NCBI RefSeq assembly: GCF_006345805.1
Contig: NC_043011.1
Location: 65,608,464 to 65,672,463 of the forward strand
Direction of reading: 5' to 3'
Length of the DNA: 64,000 nucleotides
Source: Octopus sinensis
Lineage: Eukaryota
Part shown: piece by piece, positions 14,956-27,403 of the stretch
Layout: each line of letters starts with the position of its first letter
Position numbering within the stretch: the stretch's first letter is position 1
Notes under the pieces: model-generated
Seen by the model: the letters and a program-made list of their open reading frames with translations, nothing else
What the model was told of the DNA's origin: nothing
Databases searched by the model: none
Made by a program: the position numbers and the translations under genes

Positions 14956-15406
14956 TCAGTGAGAGAGCAGTGCATGCCATCAAAATGACACTGGGGTAAA
15001 ATATACAAATCCTAGTATACCCATCATGACTACTCGTCTGATGAGGGTACACCAGCACGTGCATCACAATCACATGTGCGCGACATGGTGATCTCATATC
15101 AAAATAAACAGCACATGATCTTGCATGTGGGGACCTGTTAGAATTTTTTCTGGTTGACTAGACCAACCCGTCCGAAAGGTCCCTAAAGAAGGGTTGTTTA
15201 AGTATGTTGAACGAAACACTCATGTTTCCAGGGGTAAATTATTCAAACCCCAAACAATCCCTCTCAATACATGGCTATGATGCTCCCCCACTACTTCTGC
15301 TCGTGATCAGAGATTCTCATATCGTCAACCACTAAGGGGCATGCTCAACTGGTTAAGGTCAAACAACTGACAAGCAAATCTGTGGTATTGAGCAGAATAT
15401 TTGCTG
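14956..15406 (-). mobile_element. Non-coding ~450-bp insert flanked by TAA tracts; probable non-autonomous retroelement
   Basis: More GC-balanced than its flanks, with no credible ORF. Both ends abut (TTA)n, and there is a hairpin at 15015-15051. Strand is inferred from neighbouring elements. Confidence 0.55.
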
Positions 15407-15485
15407 TTATTATCATCATCGTCTTTATTATCATTGTTATTATTATTACTATTACTATTACTATTATTATTATTATTATTATTAT
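15407..15485. repeat. Degenerate (TTA/TCA)n tract
   Basis: Directly visible. Confidence 0.9.
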
Positions 15486-18400
15486 CTTCTTTCAAATTTG
15501 CTTCCATTTCTTGTCGAGTGTCTTCCCGAATCCTAGGGCAAAGAAATTCATAGTATATATTGGTAGGCCATTGGTCTTTCACAACAATATCCGATTTATT
15601 GGCTTTGATTGTTCGGTCTATATGTACTGGAAAGTCCCACAGAATGGTTACATTTTCTCATTCAGTTACAGCCTCAGGGTGGTGATTATACCACTTGTCG
15701 GCAGTTTTGATATTGTGATGCCGACTTATTAACTTGTGGAGATATTGGCCAACTCTGTCATGTCTTAATTTATACTCCACTGGTGCTAAGACTTTACATC
15801 CAGCGATTAGGTGGTCCACTGTTTCAATCATGCCACTGCAGAATCAACATTTTGTGTCTGCTCCATTTTTCATAACATTGGCCTGGTAGTTCCAGGTTAA
15901 TAGGCTTTGATCTTGAGCAGCCAGGATGAAACCTTCGCTCTCTGCTTTTAGCCCTGAGCTCCGTAGCCACTGATGGGTTTGCTTCTGGTCAACATCAGCC
16001 TGTTTGCTGCGGGCCACATTTTTGCCGTGCAGAGGTTTCTCCTCCCACCTACCAGCCAATTGCTCGTGCACTTTTTTCGTTGCCATTTCTTCTTCTTTCA
16101 CCTTCTTTGCAACAATAGTTGCCGTACTTCCCTCGGGTTGTTCAGTTTGGGTATCCTGCACGAGATCAATAGCAAATCTTTTGGTTTCTTTATGATAGAA
16201 TGAAGCTTCTTTCGTCTCTCTTGATTTTCCACGAGCTTTAGCATCCAGTCATTCGTTATTTCAAGAAATTTGGCCAGTCCAATTGTGGTTGTTTTGTAAG
16301 CTAGTTCAAGTTGGATCAAACCTCGACCTCCTTGGGCTCTGAGAAGGTAAATGCTATCTACGTCTTCCATTGGGTGGTGCAACCTATTACAAATCAGCAG
16401 CTTGCGTATTTTCCTGTCTATATTCTTTACTTCACTCATATTCCAGTTCAACACATTGTAGTTATAAGTAACAACTGGAACTGCTAAGAAATTTATAGCT
16501 AACACCTTGTTAAGTGCATTTAGTTCAGATTTCAGGACTACACGAACTCTCCTATAACATTCCTTCCTGATCTTCTCTTTCATGCTTGCATGCTGAATAC
16601 CAGAGCCTTCATTTATCCCTAAATATTTTATGTTAGTTCTTGCTCAAGCTCACTTATGACTGTGTCAACATCTAACACGACTGAATTTGTGGTCTTCACT
16701 TTCCGTTTCTGGAAAGTGGCCTTGGCACACTTCTCAAGCCCAAACTCCATCCCGATGCTTTCACAGTGCGCAATAGGCCTTCAAGTTCATTATTGTCTTT
16801 ACCATAGAGTTTTAAGTCACCCTATTGGCAATTTTATACCCATAACATGTTCTGTTTAATTCACTTGTAAGGAGTATTAGGGCTATGCAGAATATTAAAG
16901 GTGAAAGTGAGTCACCTTGAAAAATTCCACAGTTGATGTTTATATTTTCTGAGGCAAGTACTCCATTAGAGTGGTATAATTGGAGATTCGTATTCCACAA
17001 CGACATATTGTGCTTCAGGAAGTTTGAAATCACAGGGGAAATTTTGAAGATGTCAAGCGAACTCAAGATCCATGAATGCGGTATATTGTCGAAGGCCTTT
17101 TTATAGTCAATCCATGCGGAGCTGAGATTTCTACGCTTGTTGTGACAGTTCTCAAGGATCATACGATTAATTAGCAGTTGATCTTTGCATCCATATGAGC
17201 CTCGGCGGCACCCTTTTTTTTCAATGGGGAAAATATCGTTCTTCTCCACGAATGCATGTTTCCTCCGCCAGGATAGATGTTAGGATTTTTTACGTGGTGG
17301 ATAGACAGGTTATAGCCCGACAGTTTTATGGAAGGTTGCTTTCGTTATTCTTTAGGAGTAGTTAAGTAATACCACTTGCTAACCATTCTGGTGTTTTCTA
17401 TGGGTCTTTCATAATTCCATTGTACAGCTGAACTAGCTTACCGGGTGCGCATGGGAGCGATGCGAGCCAGAAATTCGGCACCCTATCTTTACCGGGGGAT
17501 TTCCAATTATGGGCCTTCGTGAGTGCCTTTCTTAGGTTTGCTATTGTGATGTCTTCCCATGCCTGTTGTTGTAAATGTTGGTAGGATCCGTCAGTTTGTA
17601 TAATCCAATCTGCATGTGTGTTGTACGTCTTCTTGTCATTCCAAATTCTTTTCCAAAAGTTTTGAACTTCTTCCATGGGAGGGGGCTCATTAACGGTTAC
17701 TTTCTCCTTCCCTATTTCTCAGTAGAATTTTTTGGCATTGGATGTGAACAGCTTATTTTGCTTGTAAAACTTGTTTCTCTTCTAAAATCTTCGTATTGTT
17801 TGGGCTTTAGCTTGGACTTTTTGTTTCAGCGTTTCTTTTATTGATATCAGTTCTTCTGTTGGTGAGGATCCAAATTTTCTCTTCATCTTTCTTCTTGTTT
17901 TGGATCTTACATCATTTCCACATATTAGTTCATTTAATATTGATATTTCCCCTCTCATAAATTCAATCTCTTTTTCAATTTTACATCTCCAGGTTTGATT
18001 TATTCCCAGGTTTGGTTTTCTTTGTTTTTTCGGGGGCATACAGCTGGTTTCAATTGCCCTAGCAGAAGCGTAATAATTTCATTTAACTCAGTAAAATCAG
18101 GTTTTAATTCTTGTATTACTTCATTTGTTACATAGTTGCCAATTTGGATTTGTTTTTTTATTTTGCTTTGTATTTGAGAGTTTATGAAGTGGTTCTCTAT
18201 CATTCATACTTGTATGTCTTACAACTTCAAGCGTATTCAGGATTTTCTGCCTCATTTCTGCCATATACTCTCTGTGTTCTTCAGCAAATGCGAGATATTT
18301 ATTTACTGTTGTTTTATCATTTTCCTGGTTATTTTTAACAGGTTTAATAGAATTCCTTGTATCTTCAGGCCTTTGCGTACTTTGGTCAGATGGCAGTCTT

Positions 18401-19380
18401 TCAATTAAGCCTCGTGGCGGGCTATACTGTTCATCTGATTCTTCATTTCCTTTGTGTCTTATATTTATGTCATTTTCTGTTGCGTGCTTGATCGCGCTTA
18501 TTTCACTGTCTGTGAGTCTGTTATTTCTAAGTATATCCCTCCTCACATTTGCTAATTTGTTCTCGTCCAAATAGGGCCTACTGTCTTGATTCCGTGCTCT
18601 TCATATACTGTAAGAGTTTGGTGGTTGTGGTGGTGAACTTGGAGGGCTCGAGTTGGGGAGTTTCCCGTTCAAGTGACCATCCATGTCCGTATTCGGAGAA
18701 GCGTTTGTGCCAGTTGATGACTTTTCGATCCCAGGCCGGCTCTTCCCTGGGGGCCGCGCTTCCAGATTAACCATAGGACAAGCGATTTGGTATACTGATT
18801 TAGTTTTCCTTTTAGTTTCCAAAAACATTTTGGTGCTACGATAATATTATCATTTTTGAGCTTTGATTGGCTCGTGGGGAGACGGCCATCATTGCCGTTA
18901 CAACTATAATCGTACCATTATAGCAGCCGTAGTCGGCTTATTATTGTTATTATCATCACCATTATTATCACTAGTATCATTATCCCCACTATTACTATCA
19001 TCATTATCATCATCATCATCATCAATGATATTGTTTTATGCGCTGTCACAGCAGTATCTTATTATTGTTATTTTTTTTTATCATTATCACCATCACAGTA
19101 GTGTCTGTCTGTCTCGTTGGCTGGCTGGCTGGGAGGTTGGCTTGCTGGCTGTCTTCAACGCCAGAGTTCTTGCCTGTCAAATAATACTTTCATATTTGGT
19201 TAACATCTAAAGAGCCGAGGTGAGGTTTGTGTTGGCTGAACTCTGTGAGTGTGTGTGTAGATAGATAGATAGATTATCAGCACTATTACTAACATTATTA
19301 TCATCATCACCATCATCAGTGATGTTTATTTGTTTATTTATTTCTTTATTTTTTTATTAGGTCCCAAAAAGTTCAGATGT
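15486..19380 (-). mobile_element. R4/Dong-clade element, family D, 5' end intact, internal deletions, decayed
   Basis: Collinear with 52959-57343 from the shared 5' terminus ACATCTGAACTTTTT. RT GIFQGDSLSPLIF is present. Deletions near 15555 (nuclease region) and 18620. Confidence 0.92.
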
Positions 19381-19410
19381 CTGCAACTACTAGCCGTAAG
19401 AAAAATTAAG

Positions 19411-20107
19411 GAAGGGCTATTCTATATTGTTTGTGAATAGAGAAGTTGTGTTCGACCAGAGAGAATCTTAGCATCATTATTTTTATTTTTTTCCCATGTG
19501 CGTTTGTGTTATTGCAATAAAATATGCTTGTATATTTCGTGTAAGGTAATATTGTGGAGGTTGAAGTTGACTTTTCTAGAGAAGTTTGAATGTCCAGTTA
19601 GGAGAACAGGTGTGTTTTTGCATTAAAAAGTATATGTTTACATTTATATTTGAATATTCAGGGAGGAAGCAAAGAAAATAAAGAAAAAGAAAAGTCAGAT
19701 TTTCATAGAAAGTTTAACGATTTTGTAAGTCCACAAAAAGAAAAGCGTGATGTTTTTTGAGAGAAGAAAAAAAAAAGATGTTTACAGAGGCAATTGAGGG
19801 TATTAAAGTTTTTAAAGCTGAACGAATGTATGTTTGAAAACTGTAGATATGTAAATTTGTAAATTTCTTAACTTATTTTGAAGGGCTGTTCTGTATTGTT
19901 TGTGAATAGAGAAGTTTTGTTCGACCAGAGAGAATCTATAATTAGTATCATTATTTTTTCCATGTGCGTTTGTGTTATTGCAATAAAAAGTGTTTGTATA
20001 TTTCGTGTAAGGTAATATTGTGGAGGTTGAAGTTGACTTTTCTAGAGATGTTTGTACATCGAGTTAGAAGAACATGTGTGGTTTTGCAATAAAAAGTATA
20101 TGTTTAC
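19411..20107 (+). repeat. Imperfect ~230-bp direct repeat (19411-19640 and 19881-20107)
   Basis: Both copies run from GAAGGGCT.TTCT.TATTGTTTGTGAATAGAGAAG to AAAAAGTATATGTTTAC. Confidence 0.9.
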
Positions 20108-20145
20108 GTCCAGCCGCTCTCAAGGCTGCCGCTCCTCTCTTATTA

Positions 20146-20196
<51 letters not shown>

Positions 20197-20199
20197 GTG

Positions 20200-20255
<56 letters not shown>

Positions 20256-20257
<2 letters not shown>

Positions 20258-20430
20258 AACTGATATATGTTTGACTTTTGCTTTATATTTGTACAAGTTG
20301 GCTCCAAGTCTCACCCAGAGACATCAAGAGACAACAGGGTTGGAAGTTCATGTTGTTGTTATGCCTAGTGTGCCATATATTTGGGGGGTGGGGATGTTGT
20401 ACTAATGAATGTCTAAAAAAAAAGGTTTTT
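20256..20430 (-). mobile_element. R4 family B 3'-UTR-only stub between two (TTA)n tracts
   Basis: CAAGTCTCACCCAGAGAC.TCAAGAGACAACAGG and GTTGTTGTTATGCCTAGTGT match 8435-8500. TTA tracts at 20140-20255 and 20431-20612. Confidence 0.85.
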
Positions 20431-20452
20431 TAATTATTTATTATTATTATTA

Positions 20453-20491
<39 letters not shown>

Positions 20492-20533
20492 GTTTTTTTA
20501 TTATTATTGTTATTATTATTATTATTATTATTA

Positions 20534-20573
<40 letters not shown>

Positions 20574-20699
20574 TTTTATTATTATTATTATCATCATTAT
20601 CATTATTATTAGTTGTAAACTATATACTGATGCCTTTCCTTGCATTTCTCTAATATAACGCTGGAAGTTCAGTACTAACATTATTACTTACTGGTATTC

Positions 20700-21610
20700 C
20701 TAAACAAAATAATGTCTCCTAAAACGAGAGCGTCAAAGACCGAACACCAAACAAACGCAGGACATATAGCAAAATATAAGGACGAGAGACGCGCACGGTT
20801 TGCAGCAGATCACTGTGAAAGAAAGGAAGCACGACGAGCCCCTGAAACCGAACATCAAAGAAATGCATGACTTGCAATGAACGGAAGCTCAACGTGCAGC
20901 AGAAAAAAAGACGAAAGAAATATACGAATTGCATTTCATCGTCTTTGCATGGAATCACATCATACGTAAGAAATTACACAGGAAACTACAAATAGACGCG
21001 AAAAGGACCAAATATGGAACAGCGAATTTAGGTAACATCAGCAATAGTGGTTTCTTGCTTTCAGTTTTAATCCCAATCATTTCTATGAATCTGTAATTGG
21101 TTCGATTTCTCACCCATGCTATTACTGTGGTGGTAAAGATGGTTAAATGAACCAGCTGCATTATGTTGCACAGGTGGGCGGAATTATTCTACCTTTCTTC
21201 CCTCACCCTTCTGAAGAACTGAAATATTTTCTTCATGAGACGTCCCCATATTCAAAGCATCTTCTAAAAATAATACAACACTGTAATAATGCATTCAAAA
21301 TGACTTTATTTGGAACAAATGTTGTGAGTGAGGGAGGATTTATACACACATTCAAAATACAAGTGCAAGTATATCATCGAATTGGAAGCAGTTTAGCGCT
21401 AGAAAATGAAGACCATAAATTTTTGCAGGTATATTTCATTAACAATATGCAAAAACAAGCTGAAACAAGATATAGAGTTAATAAAGGGCTTCACTTTGAC
21501 ATAATACAACAACTTCAACAAATGGTTCATATAATAATACTAATACCAAGAATTTCAAATGTATCCTTGATAATACGCAAAACATTTCGAATTAGTGATC
21601 AATTCCGATG
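20700..21610 (+). mobile_element. Helitron RepHel N-terminal fragment (decayed)
   Basis: RRAPETEHQRNA repeats and a C..C..KxW..E...CC.GG.I.L zinc motif across frameshifts. NAFKMTLFG..EGGFIHTFKIQVQVYHRIGS..KFLQVYF is typical of the animal Helitron region upstream of Rep. Confidence 0.8.
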
Positions 21611-21611
21611 G

Positions 21612-21710
21612 AATATACCCATGGTTTTGACTGATTTACTCTCCACCCTTCATCAGGTGTCCTGCTAGAATTTTTAACCCAAACCTCGGTCCTCATTCCT
21701 AATGTATCTT
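21612..21710 (-). mobile_element. Short repeat remnant with a degenerate hammerhead-like motif, next to (TTA)n 21711-21821
   Basis: Minus strand reads GACAC-CTGATGA-AGGGTGGAGAGTAAATCAGTC-AAAA-CCATG; the expected GAAA is AAAA. Confidence 0.4.
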
Positions 21711-21717
21711 TTGCTGA

Positions 21718-21823
<106 letters not shown>

Positions 21824-22269
21824 GTAACCTATTAAAACAGTCGGCAGTGTCTATTAAGCATCACATCAACAGCAGAGTTAGGATCGCCGGCGTTTCTTCC
21901 CACGGTGAGCAACACATGTTGTGATACACAAGTTGGTATTTTGAGCACTTTTAGTGTTATATAATGGTCAAGGGTTATCCTAGTGATGTCGGTACCTAGT
22001 TTGGTATTGTACTGCTAAAAATGTCTTGGTTGCGGTTCTACAACCAAAAAATTATTTTATTGTGGATATTCATTTAGTGAACGTTTACTCTAATACTGTC
22101 GCATTGCATTTTGCGAAAGTACATTTAGCAGCATGCAGGAATCTTGCTACACTTCAAGAAATCCATCAAGAAGCTCTTTGTTGGTCTATCAAATGCACAG
22201 CGATGCTTCAGAGAAAATTCTGCACTTACTGAAACGGACCTTTTACGGTTGTGCATGTTTTATTATGGA

Positions 22270-23390
22270 CCAAGTATAACCATATTTACCGGATCTTATT
22301 CTCCTTAAGATACCACACAATATCATCCAATATCTTCGAATTACTCTCTTGAAGCTGGTAACAAGGTTTCGTTATTGCTTCTTGAAATAATCAACGCTTT
22401 CGCACATTGCGGTGGGCATGAGTCTTTTGTTTGAAGCTGTATACATTAATTTGCCATTTATATCTACGAAACCCAAAAAGTTCTTGCGAAACAATGTTGA
22501 TTCTAACGAGATACCATATACGAATGTTGTGTGTTACTGAAACATACACTTCTTACGATGATTTTGATTGCATTTGATTACAAAGAAGTGTGATATCTAT
22601 CTTTGGTATTTATACGATGCATACCTGCACTCCGCGGACACTCTCAGGTAGCGTGTCATTTCATCGTTGCAAGTTTCCCTTGCTTTAGCCTCGCAAGCAT
22701 TCCAAGCGTCAGAGCCCGCGGTTGCTCCACCTATGAATTGAAAATAAAATCTCTTTTTATATATCAACTTGAATTTTTCCGCATCAATTTTAAGCTATTT
22801 GAAAGGTGTAATTCGATTCTTCCATCATCATACAGGAAAAGAAATCTGAAAGTTTATATTGTGGAACATGACGTTGTATCCTAATATTTGTTTGAAATGG
22901 AAACGAGAAGTTGCTGAAGTTGAGATTTTGTGAAACTTTCACACCAATTATTTTATTTGCCTGTTTTCATTTCTCGTACATTGACGTCAATTTGTTTTAT
23001 GCTTGGTCAAATACATTGCACAATATCGACAACGGCCTCATCCCACGTCACATCCTTATTTTTATAATAAGTGAATATAGCACACATTAATGGCATCAAG
23101 TCGATGTCGTTGGCATAGTTATAAAGACCTTCACTTGTAACCCAAACGAATTTATATTTATCTCCTTCAAATTTGACACAAATTAAAGAAATCAATCGCA
23201 TAGTAAAAACTTATACCTAAGTCAAGTGCCACGTAAGTATTTGACGAATGCTTAACCGCTTGCATTATATAAAGTTGGACAGTTGGGAGTGAAGTACAGG
23301 GAGAGTACATAGAATATAGCAATAGAAACCAAACAAGTAGATCAGAATTCGAATACAAGAAGTAAAATGAGTGTAAATAATTATAATTAA
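22270..23390 (-). pseudogene. Decayed copy 1 of an unassigned Cys/Trp-patterned, probably secreted protein (weak C-type-lectin-like resemblance)
   Basis: Acceptor-like TAATCTTTAG at 23391-23400 and hydrophobic leader LLVWFLLLYSMYSPCTS. Then LMPLMCAIFTYYK, and FYFQFIGGATAGSDAWNACEAKARETCNDEMTRYLRVSAECRYASY...LMPTAMCESVDYFKK, with stops and frameshifts. Motifs are shared with the 31.9 and 46.4 kb copies. Confidence 0.6.
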
Positions 23391-24308
23391 CTAAAGATTA
23401 AATGAAAACAAAATAAAGAGAAAAAGAAATCGATATAAGAATATATTAAAAGGATAAAATATGAAGCGTGTAAATCAAAAGTAAGTGAATACTAAATGAT
23501 TAAGTATATATATAAATATATTGTTGATAATAATAAGCGAAATAAAAAGAAAAAAATCGGCAGATTTATTAGTGGGACACTGATACATCTGTCGATCTGT
23601 TGATAAATATTTGAAGAGGTTAAAAGAGAAATATCAATATACAGAGAGGTATTATGATAGCTCTAGAATCCGAAAGCTATGGAGATATATTTGCTGATTG
23701 ATATAATCATTGACATTTTAGGTTCCCACGGAAAACTCATGGAATACTCATGGACTACTAATGGAGTGTTTATGGAATACATATGAAGTAACGATGGAAT
23801 AGTTAATATGCATACTCACCAACAAAAAGCAGTAAAGTTAAAGTGGAAATGGTTATCATGTCGCTGCTTTCTATCAGTGTCATCATGTAGAAGTCATCTG
23901 GAGATAGCGTAATTTCAAAAATAGGCATATCTACATATAATGTATGATGTAACACATGTTTGGTCCAAAATATATTTTTCTATCGAATAGTGATATATTT
24001 GACAATGATTATTGTATATGAGACAATCTGAGAATAAATGTACATTTATTTTGGCTTATTCCCTACTGGTTAATATTCAGAATCGGCGCGTCAAGGCTGT
24101 TACATTTTCGATACAACTGTGTTTGGATACAACTGATGTTCAATATTACTGTGAGTGTTTGTTTAAAGAGAAAAGACCACAAGAGAATTGGTTAGTCTTG
24201 ATAATGAAATACCTGAGAACATATCGGTACACTCGTGACGTAATTATATGTGTGCGTGTGTGTGTGTCTACATATGTACATACATATACGTATATATATA
24301 TATATGTA

Positions 24309-24364
<56 letters not shown>

Positions 24365-24619
24365 TATATATTAAAATAAGCAACAAGGATATACAGAGGT
24401 AATGCACTACGATCGTTTCATGCGACTCCATTTAATTGAACAATGCAAATATTACATCAATTTTAAAATGTAAATCAATCTTCAGCTGCATAAAAATATA
24501 GAATTTTGTGAAATTCTTATCTGTATAATTTTTTATCCAAAATTACAAAGAGGATAAGGAAATAGACACAGAAAGTGTTTTGTCAACAACATCACAGTTG
24601 TAATGCAGCAGAAAGCCTA

Positions 24620-25286
24620 GTTTAGTCTGGGTGCCGGTATTTTTCATTTCCCCAAACACTATCTTCGGCGCTTGGCATTTTAAAAGAGAACTCACTTCTC
24701 GTCATCAGTCACTATTCGGTCGCAAAATGTTCATTCGCTCACTACGCGCAAAGTTTATAAGTAATAAATTGACACAATTTTCTGAAATTTCGGATGGTAC
24801 GCAGGTGTCGGAGAATGGTTGAATGACGAAATCCAAGCTTCTCTGCTAGTTTCTCAACAGCTGCGATGGGAATTTATTTCACCAGTTCTTGCAAGACGTC
24901 CTCGTCGAGCTCTGGATATATTCCAGGATGAAGATCTTTTCTAGGGTGTAGTTTCCAGCACGGAATTTCTGGAATCAGCGTTGACTCTGCCTTTTCCGAT
25001 CTCCATGTACTAACTTAACATTCTTTGCACTTTATTTTGTGCTGTTGCCTTTATTGAACTCAAAAAGAAAAATTTGCCGACCATGCTACTTTCTCACTTC
25101 CATTATAGCTTTGCAAACATAACTGGTAGAATTGAACTGCACTCTTCAAAAGTTGCTCTAAGAATAAGGACAATGTAAAATTACTAGATGGTTATATAGC
25201 AAGTTGATACAAGTAGTTTATCCCGTACCCATCTGACTTTTACTTTCTGAAAAGGAAAACCGTATTATTTATGGGATAACCTTATA
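24620..25286 (-). mobile_element. Decayed mariner, 5' half
   Basis: MEVRK*HGRQIFLFEFNKGNS...R*FQKFRAGNYTLE. Terminal TATAAGGTTATCCCATAAA resembles the TIR of the 45.2-kb mariner. Confidence 0.7.
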
Positions 25287-25512
25287 CAATACAAACATCG
25301 ATGTATAAAATTCGGATGTTTCGTTCTTCTTACGTTTATGGCAAACAACTGAAGAACATCAAAGCAATATCCAGAGGAACACACATAAATCATTGTTGCA
25401 AATTATTCTTTTATTTAGTTATGCATAACCAGAAGTGCTCTAAAAACAATAGCTGACTGAAAGTTTATCCGTAAAAAGAGTAGAAATAAGTCAGATATGA
25501 ATTATATGCCAG

Positions 25513-25565
<53 letters not shown>

Positions 25566-25566
<1 letters not shown>

Positions 25567-26127
25567 TATATAGAGGGCATTATACATACATGCCAGGAGG
25601 CATTGTATATACATGCCAAACGCTAAGAGGGACAATCAGTCATTTCTACCAAAAATATTACTAATCCCACCGAATGCAATTTTTCAAAGTAAGACATTTA
25701 AAAATATAGGCCTGTATCACAGTGATTTCATACTTACGTAATCATCAGCAGGCCTGAATGTATTATAAATAAACAACGACCCTGCCTCGCTTAAGCCGAT
25801 CAGCTAACTGATCAACATCAACGAAGCACATGGGTGAGTTTATATATATTACATCCGGGTAAATGGTAAACTTTTACGAATTGCATTTCGGGAGAGGAAA
25901 AGTGTTTTCGGAATAAAAATTTAGCAATTAAGGACAACTACTTAATAAGGAAAACTTAACAAGAAATTGTCAGGTAGATAGCGTAAAAACCTCATAAGAG
26001 AAAAAATTTCGAAAAAAATTATTTCTTATTGAACATATTAATTTATATATAGAGGGCATTATACATACATGCCAGGAGGCATTGTATATACATGCCAAAC
26101 GCTAAGAGGGACAATCAGTCATTTCTA
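25566..26127 (+). repeat. Identical 83-bp direct repeat (25566-25648 and 26045-26127)
   Basis: ATATATAGAGGGCATT...CAGTCATTTCTA occurs twice, 479 bp apart. Confidence 0.92.
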
Positions 26128-26454
26128 ATTCAGATGGATATGGTATTTAAGTTAAAGGCACCAGAGGTTTGTATGGCATTATCTATACAAATCAAATTGG
26201 GTGATTATAATCAAAGTAAGCAACCAGGATATCCAAGGCGGTGTACTGCACTACCTTGGATATCCTCAGAAGCTATTTTAAGGAGCGTGTATACAAGTCA
26301 GTATGCGTTCCTTTTTTGATAAACCCGCAGGTATTAATATACCGCGTCGGGTCCAATTAATCGTATACAGAGAGTAAATAATTTTCAGGCTCTACTTCCA
26401 TAACTCCCTAATGTGTTCACCTGTCTTAACTTGTGTATGCATTTCAATTTTGAT

Positions 26455-26655
26455 ATGCATTTATATATATATACGTATATGTATGTATATATGTATATAT
26501 ATATATACGTATATGCATATGTATATTTATATATATACATATATGTATGTATATATGTATATATATATATACGTATATGCCTATGTATATTTATATATAT
26601 ACATATATGTATGTATATATGTATATTTATATATATACGTATATGCATATGTATA
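26455..26655. repeat. TA-rich microsatellite with ~65-bp higher-order period
   Basis: ACGTATATGC recurs at ~26507, 26571 and 26637. Confidence 0.85.
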
Positions 26656-26984
26656 TTTTCGCAAAAAACAGCAATTTGGGTGAGAGCTTTGTTAAATACA
26701 TCGACCCACATGCTCAACTTGTTCTTATTTTATCGAACTCGAAAGAATGAAAGGCAAATTAAACATTGATGGAAAATGAACTTAGAATTCAAAGGAGGTC
26801 GATATCACGCTAACTTTTATGTTCGCTGTCTGTTTTAGTTGATATTATAATCATTTTTGCAGTGTTATGTAAGTATAATGCAATTAGTAATGGATTTATA
26901 TTATTGTAGTAATCTACATGTTCCCAGTAATATCAGACCGTGAATTAATCATAGAAGAATAATGAAACGGCATTTCAGTGGTTG

Positions 26985-27152
26985 TACGACTAGCTCGTGT
27001 CAGTTCTGTCTCGTCAAACCACTGTCAAGTCTTTGGTTGACACAAGGCTATATCAGAAAGTATTTGGTCACGGTACCACGCGGTGGGATTGAGCCTGGAA
27101 CCATGTAGTTGGGAAGCAAGCTCCTTACAACATAGCCACGCCTGCGCCTGTA
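26985..27152 (-). mobile_element. tRNA-derived SINE (type 2), 5' portion
   Basis: Minus strand GGCGCAGGCGTGGCTATGTTGTAAG (A-box-like) and GGCTCAATCCC (B-box-like). Confidence 0.7.
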
Positions 27153-27337
27153 TAGATAAGCATATTATTAATAGATCTATATTATTGAAGTATAATAGGA
27201 ATTCAATTTTGGTTACATCGTCTGCTCAGTATGTAGATAATGCAATCAATCGGAAATAGCATCAAAGGTAATTCAGTAATTATTGATTCAATAGGTAACT
27301 TGAAATTACCTACCTCATCTTTGTTACAAATACTTAC

Positions 27338-27403
27338 AATGAACTGAAATGAAAGTGTGATCAGCGTGAAAGTGAAAAGTTTGCAAATAACATTCTTATG
27401 TAT
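27338..27403 (-). other. Candidate 66-nt hydrophobic leader exon
   Basis: TTTTGTTTTATGTAG acceptor and GTAAGT donor. The open frame is IHKNVICKLFTFTLITLSFQFI, but the internal ATG is out of that frame. Confidence 0.35.
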
